64,000 bases of DNA from NCBI GenBank assembly GCA_963768855.1, contig CAVYJM010000011.1, positions 64,001-128,000 on the forward strand. Reading direction: 5' to 3'. Position 1 is the first letter of the stretch, and each line of letters begins with the position of its first letter. The DNA is from an uncultured Thermoplasmata archaeon. Its GTDB lineage: Archaea > Thermoplasmatota > Thermoplasmata > RBG-16-68-12. Positions 36,126 through 45,446 of this stretch are shown piece by piece. The notes beneath the pieces were generated by a model. That model was not told the DNA's origin. It saw only the letters and a list, made by a program, of their open reading frames with translations, and ran no database searches. Made by a program: the position numbers and the translations under genes.

Positions 36126-37256
36126 ATGGCGTACAAGCTCGCACTCCTGGGAGGTGACGGCACGGGTCCTGAGGTCCTGCGGGAGGGCGTCAAGGTCCTC
36201 GAGGCCGTGCAGGACGCCTACGGCGTCGCGTTCGACATGGTCCCGTATGCCGCGGGGGGCCAGCATTTCCTCGACACCGGGGAGGAGTGGCCCGACGGCA
36301 CGTTCGAGTCGTGTAAGGCCGCGGATGCAATCCTCCTCGGGGCAGTCGGCCTGCCCAACGCGATCCTGCCGAATGGGGAGCTCGCGGGGATCGGGGTCCT
36401 CTTCGGCCTTCGCTTCGGCCTCGACCTCTACGCGAACGTGCGGCCGACGAAGCTCTACCCGAACGTCCGTCACAAGGTCCACGACGGGTTCAAGCAGGTC
36501 TGGGATCCGGGGAAGGTCGACTTCGTCATCATCCGGGAGAACACGGAAGGACTGTACACGCCGACGCGCGGCTACCTGGACCGGGGCGGAATGAAGGAGC
36601 TCGCGATCGACAGCCGGGTGATCACCCGCAAGGGCGCCGAGCGCGTGATCCGATTCGCCTTCGAGCTGGCGAAGACGCGCCGCGGTGCACCCGCGGACGG
36701 GAAGCACCGCGTCACCTGCGTGGACAAGTCCAACGTCACCGCCGGGTGCAAGCTGTTCCGCGCGATCTACGACGAAGTGGCCGCCGACTATCCGGCGATC
36801 GGGAAGGACTACGCCTACATCGACGCTTTCCTCCAGTGGCTCGTGCGCTCCCCCGAGGCGTACGACGTCGCGGTCACGTCGAACATGTTCGGCGACATCG
36901 CGACGGACCTCGCGGCGGTCCTCCAGGGAGGCATGGGCATGGCCGCGGGTGGGAACGTCGGCGACGAACATGCCCTCTTCGAGCCGATCCACGGCAGCGC
37001 GCCGAAGTACGCCGGCAAGGACGTCGTCAATCCGACGGCGATGATCCTCGCGGTCCAGATGATGCTGGAGTGGCTCGGGCGGCGCAAGAAGGACCGCGCC
37101 CTGCAGGAGTCCGCCGTCGTCGTGGAGAAGGCGGTCGAGGCCGTCCTCCGCGAGGGGAAGACGCTCACCTACGACCTGGGCGGGGCCGGAAGGTGCAGCG
37201 AGATGGGTTCCGCAATCGCGGAGTCGACCCGGAGACTCGCGAAGAAGCCCCAGTGA
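36126..37256 (+). CDS. leuB: Isocitrate/isopropylmalate (beta-decarboxylating) dehydrogenase
   Basis: GDGTGPEV, RENTEGLY, DKSNV, NMFGDI, EPIHGSAPKYAG. Could equally be a homoisocitrate dehydrogenase. Confidence 0.88.
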   Translation: MAYKLALLGGDGTGPEVLREGVKVLEAVQDAYGVAFDMVPYAAGGQHFLDTGEEWPDGTFESCKAADAILLGAVGLPNAILPNGELAGIGVLFGLRFGLDLYANVRPTKLYPNVRHKVHDGFKQVWDPGKVDFVIIRENTEGLYTPTRGYLDRGGMKELAIDSRVITRKGAERVIRFAFELAKTRRGAPADGKHRVTCVDKSNVTAGCKLFRAIYDEVAADYPAIGKDYAYIDAFLQWLVRSPEAYDVAVTSNMFGDIATDLAAVLQGGMGMAAGGNVGDEHALFEPIHGSAPKYAGKDVVNPTAMILAVQMMLEWLGRRKKDRALQESAVVVEKAVEAVLREGKTLTYDLGGAGRCSEMGSAIAESTRRLAKKPQ

Positions 37257-37265
37257 TTCGTGGGC

Positions 37266-37475
37266 TCAGTACTGGACGAACAGGCGCCGGCATCCGGTGC
37301 ACCGGTACGCGTCCATGTAGACGTTGCCCCACCCGTCCGGCTTGATGAGGACTTCGCCGCCCCGTGCGAGGCGGCTCTTCTCCGTCATCCACTTGGCCCC
37401 TTCGACGAAGCTCTCGGCCACGAGGTAGCCCTTCTGCATCGGCTTGCCGCACGAGCCGCAGATATCCGGCCCCAT
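37266..37475 (-). CDS. Small zinc-ribbon protein (PF20097/DUF6487-like)
   Basis: CGSCGKPMQKGYL...AYRCTGC; 69 aa. Confidence 0.7.
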   Translation of the reverse strand: MGPDICGSCGKPMQKGYLVAESFVEGAKWMTEKSRLARGGEVLIKPDGWGNVYMDAYRCTGCRRLFVQY

Positions 37476-37557
37476 CGCCGTGGGAACACGGGGTCCCCGC
37501 CATAACCCTTCCCCTTGGATAATCAATATCGAGAGCCGGAGGCCGGGCTGGCTCGGC

Positions 37558-38670
37558 TCAGAGGGGGAACTTGTCGAGGATCTCCGGCCGACGGCGCTCC
37601 CCGCTCTTCATGTACTCTTCGAGCTGCTCCCGCAGGACCGGCGTCAGCTCCGCGAAGACATCTGTGAACAGGGTCTCCAGGTCCGGGGGCGGGGCGCGCT
37701 CGACCTCCCGGATCGTCTCCGTGATTAGCTCGTCGAGCTCCTTCCGCAGCGCGGCGTCCTGGTCCGCGTTCCACAGGCCCTTGAGCTCGAGGTACTTGCG
37801 CATCCGTTCAATCGGGTCCTGGCGCTGCCACCCCGCGACCTCCTCCTTCGAGCGGTATCTCGTCGGATCGTCGCTCGAGGAGTGTGGCCCCATCCGGTAC
37901 GTGACCGCCTCGATCATCGTCGGCCCGCCCCCGCCACGCGCCTTGTCGACAGCGGCTTTCGTGGCGCGGTACACCGCCAGCACGTCGTTCCCGTCCACCC
38001 GGACGCCCTCCATGCCGTAGGCGAGGGCCTTCTGCGCGAGCGTGTGGGCGGCCGTCTGGTGGGCTAGGGGGACGGAGATCGCGTACTGGTTGTTCTTGCA
38101 GAAGAGCACGGTCGGGGTCTTGAACACCCCTGCGAAGTTCATCCCCACGTGGAAGTCGCTCCCGCTCGTGGCCCCGTCGCCGAAATACACGAGGGTCACG
38201 ACCGGGTCACCGCGGACCTTCGCCGCCCACGCCGCGCCGACGGCCTGGGGGATCTGGGTGCCAACCGGGCTTGATGCGGACACGTAGTTGATCTGCTTCC
38301 AGCCGAAGTGGTTCGGCATCTGGCGGCCCTTGTTCGCGTCGAGGCTGTTCGCGAACTCCTGAGCAATCATCAGCTTGAGGTCGAGCCCCCGTGTGAGCGC
38401 GCACCCGGGTTCGCGGTAGGCGGGGAAGACCCAGTCCACCTTGTCGAGGGCGAGTGCGCTGCCGACCTGGCACGCCTCTTCGCCCGTGCTCGGCACGTAG
38501 AAGCCGATCCGGCCCTGTCGCTGGAGCGACAGCATGCGGGAGTCGAGGATGCGGACGAGGACCAGGTCGCGATACGCCTTCTTCAGCGCGTCCGCGGAGA
38601 GCTTCGGCTCGACCTTCGAGTCGTACGTCCCGTCGAGATCGATGATCCGGAGCAGCTCTTCCTTCGTCAT
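37558..38670 (-). CDS. pdhA: 2-oxoacid (pyruvate/branched-chain) dehydrogenase E1 alpha, paralog 1
   Basis: LQRQGRIGFY, GRQMP, TPP motif GDGATS...NNQYAIS, HSSSDDP. Confidence 0.92.
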   Translation of the reverse strand: MTKEELLRIIDLDGTYDSKVEPKLSADALKKAYRDLVLVRILDSRMLSLQRQGRIGFYVPSTGEEACQVGSALALDKVDWVFPAYREPGCALTRGLDLKLMIAQEFANSLDANKGRQMPNHFGWKQINYVSASSPVGTQIPQAVGAAWAAKVRGDPVVTLVYFGDGATSGSDFHVGMNFAGVFKTPTVLFCKNNQYAISVPLAHQTAAHTLAQKALAYGMEGVRVDGNDVLAVYRATKAAVDKARGGGGPTMIEAVTYRMGPHSSSDDPTRYRSKEEVAGWQRQDPIERMRKYLELKGLWNADQDAALRKELDELITETIREVERAPPPDLETLFTDVFAELTPVLREQLEEYMKSGERRRPEILDKFPL

Positions 38671-38674
38671 GCCC

Positions 38675-39580
38675 TCAGAGGCCTCCCGGGCGTCGCCGCT
38701 CGCGGAGCGCGTTCTCCAGGAAGAACTCGCCGGCCCGGTAGGAGGACCGCACGAGCGGGCCCGCGGCCACATAGGCGAAACCCAGGTCCTCGCCCTCCTC
38801 GCGCAGCTCGTCGAACGTCTCCGGCGTCACGTACTCCTGAACGGGCAGGTGCCACGCGCTCGGCCTCAGGTACTGGCCGAAGGTCAAGAGGTCCACGTCG
38901 TTCGCGCGGAGATCCCGCATCGCCTCCCGGATCTCCTCCCGTGTCTCGCCGAGGCCGAGCATGAGCGAGGACTTCGTGAACAGGCCGCGACGCATCCCCT
39001 TCGCGCCCCGCAGGACGGAGAGGCTCTGCTGGTAGTTCGCCCGCGGATCCCGGGCAACGCCCTGGAGGCGTCGCACGGTCTCTAGGTTGTGATCCAGGAC
39101 GTCCGGGCCCGCCTCCACGACGGTCCGCACCGCGTCCAGGTCCCCCTGGAAGTCCGGGATGAGGGCCTCGACGAGGATCTCCGGGTCGCGGGCCTTGATC
39201 TCCCGGATCGTCTCGGCGAAATGGGAGGCACCGCCGTCCGGGAGGTCGTCCCGGTCGACCGACGTGAGAACGACGTATGTCAGGCCGAGATCCGCAATCG
39301 CGGCGGCGACCTTTCGTGGCTCGTCCGCGTCCACGAGGCCGTGGGGATGTCCCGACTTCACCGCGCAGAAGCGGCAGCCGCGGGTGCACAGGTCGCCTAG
39401 GAGCATGATAGTGGCGGTCCCGCCCCCCCAGCATTCAGACATGTTCGGGCAGTGGGCCTCCTCGCACACCGTGTGAAGGTTGAGGTCCCGCAGGAGGGAT
39501 TTGAGGTGGCCGTAGTTGTCTCCCGAGGGCGGGCGAACCCGCAGCCACTCCGGTTTCCTCTCGGCCAGCATCAGATTCAC
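38675..39580 (-). CDS. lipA: Lipoyl synthase
   Basis: [24 protein letters not shown]. Confidence 0.96.
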   Translation of the reverse strand: MNLMLAERKPEWLRVRPPSGDNYGHLKSLLRDLNLHTVCEEAHCPNMSECWGGGTATIMLLGDLCTRGCRFCAVKSGHPHGLVDADEPRKVAAAIADLGLTYVVLTSVDRDDLPDGGASHFAETIREIKARDPEILVEALIPDFQGDLDAVRTVVEAGPDVLDHNLETVRRLQGVARDPRANYQQSLSVLRGAKGMRRGLFTKSSLMLGLGETREEIREAMRDLRANDVDLLTFGQYLRPSAWHLPVQEYVTPETFDELREEGEDLGFAYVAAGPLVRSSYRAGEFFLENALRERRRPGGL

Positions 39581-39626
39581 GCAAGCACCCGGACCTTAAA
39601 AGCTCTAAGGGTTCCGCGGCCTTCGG

Positions 39627-39941
39627 TCATCCGAACCGGAAGCCGACGCCGTACGAGCCGCGGGGATAGGACCACCGGATCGCTCCCTTCCCGATGTGCG
39701 CGCAGACCACCGCGCAGGCGCCGAGCTCGATACACCCCTCCGTGTTGTACACGAGCTCCCCCTTCTCGAGCCGGTATACCTTCGTCGGGCAGACGTAGAG
39801 GCACGGCTTCGCCTCGCAGGTCCGGCAGATCTGGGTGTCCACCGTGATGAACGCCTCCTCGTCGAACTCGAACTTGTCCAGGCCGACGCGGTCGTCCGCG
39901 GTCAGGACCTTCGAGGCGTCCGGCTTCGGGGTCTCGGGCAT
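39627..39941 (-). CDS. fixX: FixX-type ferredoxin
   Basis: CRTCEAKPCLYVCP...GCIELGACAVVC, W.YPRG..GV.FRFG; divergent from fixC. Confidence 0.88.
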   Translation of the reverse strand: MPETPKPDASKVLTADDRVGLDKFEFDEEAFITVDTQICRTCEAKPCLYVCPTKVYRLEKGELVYNTEGCIELGACAVVCAHIGKGAIRWSYPRGSYGVGFRFG

Positions 39942-40106
39942 CGGGTCGGTCGGCGGAAGAGGAGGAACGGTACAAAAGGGTTGGCCACTTCCCTGCCGGG
40001 GAGCTGCTTTCCGACGCGAGGAGCAACGGGCGCCCGCGGTCGAGCCTGACGGCGGTACCCTAAAGGCTTTTACTCGCTCCGCTTTTCCGCTCCGGGTCAA
40101 GGTACG

Positions 40107-41402
40107 ATGACAGAGCGTTTTGATGCAATCGTCGTGGGCGCCGGCCCGGCCGGCTCCGCGGCGGCCCTGACCCTCGCGCGGAAGAAGTTCTCCGTCCTGC
40201 TCGTGGAGCGCGGCCGCGCTCCGGGACAGAAGAACATGTTCGGCGGCCGCATCTACGCGTGGCCGCTCTTCGATCTCGTTCCCGACTGGCAGAAGGACTG
40301 CCCCGTCGAGCGCCTCGTCACGAAGGAGAGCCTCGCCTTCCTCACGGAGGACGCCTCGCTCGGCCTCGCATTCGACTCTCCGAAGCTCGCCGAGGGGAAG
40401 GCGGCCAGCTTCACCGCACTGCGCGCCAAGTTCGACGCGTGGCTCGCGAAGAAGGCCGAGGACGCGGGGGCTATGCTCATCACCGGCATCCGCGTGGATG
40501 ACCTATGGCGGGAGGACGGCCGCGTGAAGGGCGTCTACGTCGCCCCGAACGACCGCGTGGCCGCGGACCTCGTAGTCATCGCGGAGGGTGCGACCTCGAC
40601 CCTTGTCCGGAAGGCGGGTCTGAAGGCGGACCTCGAGCCCCGCGAGGTCAGCGTCGGCGTCAAGGAGACGATCGAGCTCCCGCCCGAGACGATTCAGGAG
40701 CGCTTCTCGCTCGGGGAGAAGGAGGGGGCCGCGACCGTCTACGCGGGCTATGCATCCCTCGGTCTCCGGGGCGGCGGTTTCCTCTACACGAACAAGGCGT
40801 CGATCTCCCTGGGCCTCGTCATCTCCTCCGAGGACCTGGCCCGGAAGAAGCTTGAGGTGCAGGACGTCCAGACGAAGTTCCGGATGCATCCCGCAATCCA
40901 GAAGCTGCTCAAGGGCGGCAAGCTGACCGAGTACAGCGCTCACCTCGTCCCCGAACTCGGGCGGCGGATGATGCCCCAGCTCGCCGGGGACGGCGTCCTC
41001 GTGGCAGGGGATAGTGCGGGGTTCCTGATCAACAACGGGTACACGTTCCGCGGTGTGGACCTGGCCATGGCCTCCGGCATGGCGGCGGGCGAGGCCGCGG
41101 ACGCGGCCAGGTCGGCGGGCGGGATGACCGCGGCGAACCTCGCGGCGTACGAGCGGTCGCTCCGCGCCCACAACGTGCTCACAGACCTCGAGGCGTTCGC
41201 ACGCGCGCCGCTGTACCTGAAGAACGAGCGCCTCTTCGACGTCTATCCTCGGCTCCTGATCGACCTCGCGGAACGTGTGTACCGCGTGGACGGGACGGCC
41301 CGGGAACGCCTCGTCGACACGGTCCTGAAGGAGGCGAACGCCTCGGGCGTCTCCAAGCTCGCGTTGCTCATGGACCTGCTGAGAGGAGCGCGATCGATGT
41401 GA
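40107..41402 (+). CDS. fixC: FixC-type ETF:quinone oxidoreductase flavoprotein
   Basis: GAGPAG, KNMFGGRIY, GGGFLYTNKASISLG, EYSAHLVPE, AGDSAG, RGVDLA. Confidence 0.92.
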   Translation: MTERFDAIVVGAGPAGSAAALTLARKKFSVLLVERGRAPGQKNMFGGRIYAWPLFDLVPDWQKDCPVERLVTKESLAFLTEDASLGLAFDSPKLAEGKAASFTALRAKFDAWLAKKAEDAGAMLITGIRVDDLWREDGRVKGVYVAPNDRVAADLVVIAEGATSTLVRKAGLKADLEPREVSVGVKETIELPPETIQERFSLGEKEGAATVYAGYASLGLRGGGFLYTNKASISLGLVISSEDLARKKLEVQDVQTKFRMHPAIQKLLKGGKLTEYSAHLVPELGRRMMPQLAGDGVLVAGDSAGFLINNGYTFRGVDLAMASGMAAGEAADAARSAGGMTAANLAAYERSLRAHNVLTDLEAFARAPLYLKNERLFDVYPRLLIDLAERVYRVDGTARERLVDTVLKEANASGVSKLALLMDLLRGARSM

Positions 41403-42217
41403 TGGAATCCGCGGGCAAGAAAGGCATTCGGATCGTCGTCTGCATCAAGCAGGTGCCGAAGGCCCAAGAGCTCCAGGTCGACCCGGTGACGAAGACGCTG
41501 AAGCGGGTCGGCGTGCCGAGCGAGATCAACCCGCCGGACCAGAACGCGCTCGAGATGGCCCTCGCCCTCCGGGAGAAGCACGGCGGCGAGATCGTCGTGA
41601 TCTCCATGGGCCCGACGTCGTTCGACGAGAGCCTCGAGCGGGCGATCGCGATGGGCGCGGACCGCGGGTTCCTCGTGACGGACCGCAACCTCGGCGGCTC
41701 GGACACGGTCCCGACCGCGTTGACGCTCGAGCGGGCCATCGAGAAGGTCGGCCAGGTGGACCTCGTGCTCTGCGGCGAGGAGACCACGGACGCGTCCACG
41801 GGCCACGTCGGTCCAGGGATCGCGGGCCACATGGACATCCCGCAGATCACGTACTGCTCGGCGGTGGATCTCGTGGGCGGCCGGGTGCGCGGCGTGCGGA
41901 TGATCGAGGACGGCGCGGAGACCTGGGAGGTCCCGATGCCCTGCGTCGTCACGGTGGACTTTGGCTGCAACAACCCCCGGCAGCCCACCCTGACCGGCAA
42001 GATCCGGGTGAAGCGGGGCGGCCTGATCACGCACTGGAGCGCGGCCGACCTCGGGCTGAAGCCCTCCCAGATCGGTCTGAAAGGCTCTCCCACGATCGTG
42101 GCCAAGGTGGACACCGTCCAGCTGCCGAGCCGACAGGGGAAGATCTTCGAGGAGGAGCCGGCGATCGCCGTCTCCCTTCTGCTTGAATCCCTCCGCAAGG
42201 ACAAGGTGATCCCGTGA
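41399..42217 (+). CDS. etfB: Electron transfer flavoprotein beta subunit (FixA/EtfB)
   Basis: CIKQVP, INPPDQNALE, GSDTVPT, TGHVGP, GLKGSPTIV. Confidence 0.93.
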   Translation: MMESAGKKGIRIVVCIKQVPKAQELQVDPVTKTLKRVGVPSEINPPDQNALEMALALREKHGGEIVVISMGPTSFDESLERAIAMGADRGFLVTDRNLGGSDTVPTALTLERAIEKVGQVDLVLCGEETTDASTGHVGPGIAGHMDIPQITYCSAVDLVGGRVRGVRMIEDGAETWEVPMPCVVTVDFGCNNPRQPTLTGKIRVKRGGLITHWSAADLGLKPSQIGLKGSPTIVAKVDTVQLPSRQGKIFEEEPAIAVSLLLESLRKDKVIP

Positions 42218-43299
42218 GCCACGACCATCCCACTCCCCCGCCCATGGCGGCCCACAAGGGAATCTGGGTGTTCCTGGAGGCCCGCAACGGGTCGCTTCGC
42301 GATGTGAGTGTGCAGCTCATCGGCGAGGCGCGGCGGATCGCGGACAAGCGAGGGACCGAGCTCACGGGCATCCTGCCCGGATGGAAGGTCGAGTCGCTCG
42401 CTCGGATCGCGATCGAATGCGGCTGCGACCAGGTCTTCCTGGTTGAGGACCCGCGCCTCGAGTTCTACACCTCGCGTCCCTTCACGAAGGTCATGGCGGC
42501 CCTGCGGTGGAAGTACCATCCGGAGGTCATCCTCTTCGGCGCATCCAAGAACGGACGAGACCTCGGCGGCCGCCTCCATGCGGCCATTGACACGGGCCTC
42601 GCCGCGGACTGCGTGCGGTTCGACGTGACCGAGGAGGGATTCCTTGACATGATCCGTCCCGCCTTCGGCGGGAAGAGCCTCGCACACATCCACTGCGAGG
42701 AACACCGGCCCCAGATGGCCTCGGCCCGGTGGAACGTCTTCCCGATGCCGAAGCGCGACCCGACCCGCACCGGGGAGGTCGTGCGGGAGACCGTCGCCTT
42801 CGAGGACTCGGACTTCGACACGCGGATCGTGGACTTCCGGGCGACCGAGAGCCACGAGACCCGCAAGATCGACGACGCGAAGATCCTCGTCTCCGGGGGG
42901 TTCGGCCTCGGGGACCCGAAGAACTTCGCCCTCCTCGAGGAGTTCGCCTCCCTGCTCGGCGGCGCCGTGGCCTCCTCGCGGAAGCCCGTCGACCTGGGCT
43001 GGGTCCCGAAGGCGCTCCAGGTCGGCCAGACCGGGAAGACCGTCCGCCCCGACCTCTACATCGCGGTCGGGATCAGCGGCGCCGTCCAGCACCTCGCGGG
43101 CATGCAGGAGGCCGCCAAGATCGTCGCGATCAACAACGACCCGAAGGCGGCCATCTTCGAGATCGCGGACTACGGGATCGTCGGGGACCTCTTCCAGGTC
43201 CTCCCCGAGGCAATCCGGCAGCTCAAGGCCTTCAAGGCGCAGGCAGGGGCGGCGCTCCCTCGGGAAGCAGCTCCGGAAGGCCGGCCCTCCGGAGCGTGA
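42214..43299 (+). CDS. etfA: Electron transfer flavoprotein alpha subunit (FixB/EtfA)
   Basis: TGLAADC, RPAFGG, QVGQTGKTVRP.LYIAVGISGAVQH. Confidence 0.94.
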   Translation: MSHDHPTPPPMAAHKGIWVFLEARNGSLRDVSVQLIGEARRIADKRGTELTGILPGWKVESLARIAIECGCDQVFLVEDPRLEFYTSRPFTKVMAALRWKYHPEVILFGASKNGRDLGGRLHAAIDTGLAADCVRFDVTEEGFLDMIRPAFGGKSLAHIHCEEHRPQMASARWNVFPMPKRDPTRTGEVVRETVAFEDSDFDTRIVDFRATESHETRKIDDAKILVSGGFGLGDPKNFALLEEFASLLGGAVASSRKPVDLGWVPKALQVGQTGKTVRPDLYIAVGISGAVQHLAGMQEAAKIVAINNDPKAAIFEIADYGIVGDLFQVLPEAIRQLKAFKAQAGAALPREAAPEGRPSGA

Positions 43300-43948
43300 C
43301 GCCGAAGACGCTCTGGAAGTGCACGATCACGGACGCTTGGACGTCCTCCATGGCGAGGGACCGCCCGAGCTCCTTCGCCATCGACGTCATGATGGTCCCC
43401 GTGTGTCCGCACGGCCGAATCCTGAGGAAGTCGGAGAGGTCCGTGGTCACGTTGTGCGCGAACCCGTGGAACGTGACGTTCTTCTGGACTGCCAGCCCGA
43501 TTGAGGCGATTTTCCTTGACTTCACCCAGACGCCCCGCTCGGGGCCCTCGTGGACCGCCTCGATCCCGAAGTCCGCACACGTTCGGATCAGCACGTCCTC
43601 GAGGTCCGTGACGAGCCGCTTCACCTCGAGGCGGTCGGGGAGCTTCAGGATCGGATAGCCGACGAGCTGGCCGGGGCCGTGGAACGTCGCCTCGCCTCCG
43701 CGCTCGACGCGGAAGACCGGGAGGCTCTTGTCGAGCACGTCCTCGTCCGTTCCGCGCCGGCCAAGGGTGACGACGGGCTCGTGCTCCACGAGGATGAGGC
43801 CATCCGGGATGCGGTCCGCCGCGCGACGCGCCGCGAGCGCCTTCTGGATCGCCCACGTGGCCCCGTACTCCATCCGCCCGAGGTCCAAGAGCCACGCGTC
43901 GCGGAACACGACGCGTTCCGGGGCCGCGGTTTCCGTCGTCTCGAGCAT
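43232..43948 (-). CDS. lipB: Lipoyl(octanoyl) transferase
   Basis: LVEHEPVVTLG, RGGEATFHGPGQLVGYP, KIASIG, HGFA, IRPCG. Confidence 0.94.
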   Translation of the reverse strand: MLETTETAAPERVVFRDAWLLDLGRMEYGATWAIQKALAARRAADRIPDGLILVEHEPVVTLGRRGTDEDVLDKSLPVFRVERGGEATFHGPGQLVGYPILKLPDRLEVKRLVTDLEDVLIRTCADFGIEAVHEGPERGVWVKSRKIASIGLAVQKNVTFHGFAHNVTTDLSDFLRIRPCGHTGTIMTSMAKELGRSLAMEDVQASVIVHFQSVFGVTLRRAGLPELLPEGAPPLPAP

Positions 43949-43964
43949 CGCCCTGCGGTCCCCG

Positions 43965-45368
43965 TCAGCGGTTGAGGACGTTGATCGCCTGGCCCAGGGC
44001 GGCGGCCGCTGTCTCCATGATGGTCTCCGGCAGCGTGGGGTGCGGATGGACCGTGAGGGCCAGGTCCTCGATCGTCGCGCCCATTTCGATCGCCAGGGCG
44101 AGCTCGCTGATCAGGTTGCTCGCGTCGGGTCCGACGATCGCGGCCCCGAGGAGGACCTTTGACTCCGGGTCCGAGACGAGCTTCACGAAGCCGTCGCTCT
44201 CGCCCTCCGTCAGGGCGCGCCCGATCGCGCCGAAGGGCACCTTGGCGACCTTCACCACGCGACCCTCCGCCGCGGCCTGGGGCTCCAGGAGGCCGACCGT
44301 CGCGATCTCCGGATCCGTGAAGACGGCCGAAGGCATCGCGCGGTAGTCGACCTCGACGGGCTCGCCGCTCACGACCTCCGCTGCGGTGAGGCCCTCCATG
44401 GTGGCCTTGTGCGCGAGGAAGGGCTGGCCCACGACGTCGCCGATCGCGAAGACGTGTTTGTTCGACGTGCGCAGCTGCTTGTCGACGAGGACGTAGCCTT
44501 TCGGGTTCATCTTGACGCCGGCCTTGTCCGCCGCGAGGCCGTCGGTGTTCGGGTGGCGGCCGACGGTCACGAGGATCGCGTCGGCGCGGACGGTGAGCGG
44601 CCCGTCGGGCGTCTCGGCCTCGATGACGGCCTGCCCCGCCTCCTCGCGCCAAGCCTTCGCCTGGGACTTCGTGTGATACTCGACGCCCATTTTGCGCAGG
44701 TGCCGCTCGACCACCCGGACGACCTCAGGGTCCATCCCGGGGAGGAGCTGCTCCAACAGCTCGATGACCACGACCTTCGTCCCGAGCTTTGCGTAGAACG
44801 TTCCGATTTCGAGACCGGAGATGCCGCCGCCGATGACCAGGAGCGCGTTGGGCACGGCGGGCAGTTCGAGCGCCTCCTTCGTGCTGATGACCCGCTTCCC
44901 GTCGAACTTGAACGCAGGGAGGTCCGTCGGGCGGCCTCCCGTCGCGATGATCGCGTCCCCGAACTCGACGTCCTCCGTGCGGCCCTCCGGGGAGCGCGTC
45001 CGGACCGTCTTCGCGTCGACGAAGGAGGCTTCCGCGAAGGCGACCTCGACTCCGTTCCCCTTGCACAGCTGGGCGACCCCGCCGACGAGTTTGTCGACCA
45101 CGGATTGCTTCCAAGCCTGCAGGCGCGCGATGTCGACCTTCACGGGTCCGACATCGATGCCCCAGGCCGGGGCGCGCTCGATCATCTTCACAACGTTCGA
45201 CGCGTGGATGAGGGCCTTGCTCGGGATGCACCCGTAGTTCAGGCACTCCCCGCCGAGCCTGTGTCGCTCCACGAGCAGGACCTTCTTCCCCAGCTGCGCC
45301 GCCCGGATGGCGGCCGGATAGCCTCCGGGCCCGCCCCCGATGACCACGAGGTCGACCTTCCGCGCCAC
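43965..45368 (-). CDS. lpdA: Dihydrolipoyl dehydrogenase (E3)
   Basis: GGGPGG, GGECLNYGCIPSK redox disulfide, HPHPTLPE; start at GTG 45368 or TTG 45386. Confidence 0.95.
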   Translation of the reverse strand: MARKVDLVVIGGGPGGYPAAIRAAQLGKKVLLVERHRLGGECLNYGCIPSKALIHASNVVKMIERAPAWGIDVGPVKVDIARLQAWKQSVVDKLVGGVAQLCKGNGVEVAFAEASFVDAKTVRTRSPEGRTEDVEFGDAIIATGGRPTDLPAFKFDGKRVISTKEALELPAVPNALLVIGGGISGLEIGTFYAKLGTKVVVIELLEQLLPGMDPEVVRVVERHLRKMGVEYHTKSQAKAWREEAGQAVIEAETPDGPLTVRADAILVTVGRHPNTDGLAADKAGVKMNPKGYVLVDKQLRTSNKHVFAIGDVVGQPFLAHKATMEGLTAAEVVSGEPVEVDYRAMPSAVFTDPEIATVGLLEPQAAAEGRVVKVAKVPFGAIGRALTEGESDGFVKLVSDPESKVLLGAAIVGPDASNLISELALAIEMGATIEDLALTVHPHPTLPETIMETAAAALGQAINVLNR

Positions 45369-45446
45369 GTGCGGTCGAAGGTCCAACCTTCCCTTATGCC
45401 TTTGGGCGCGGCGGGGTCCGCTCCCGGACGGGATCCCGGACTCGGC

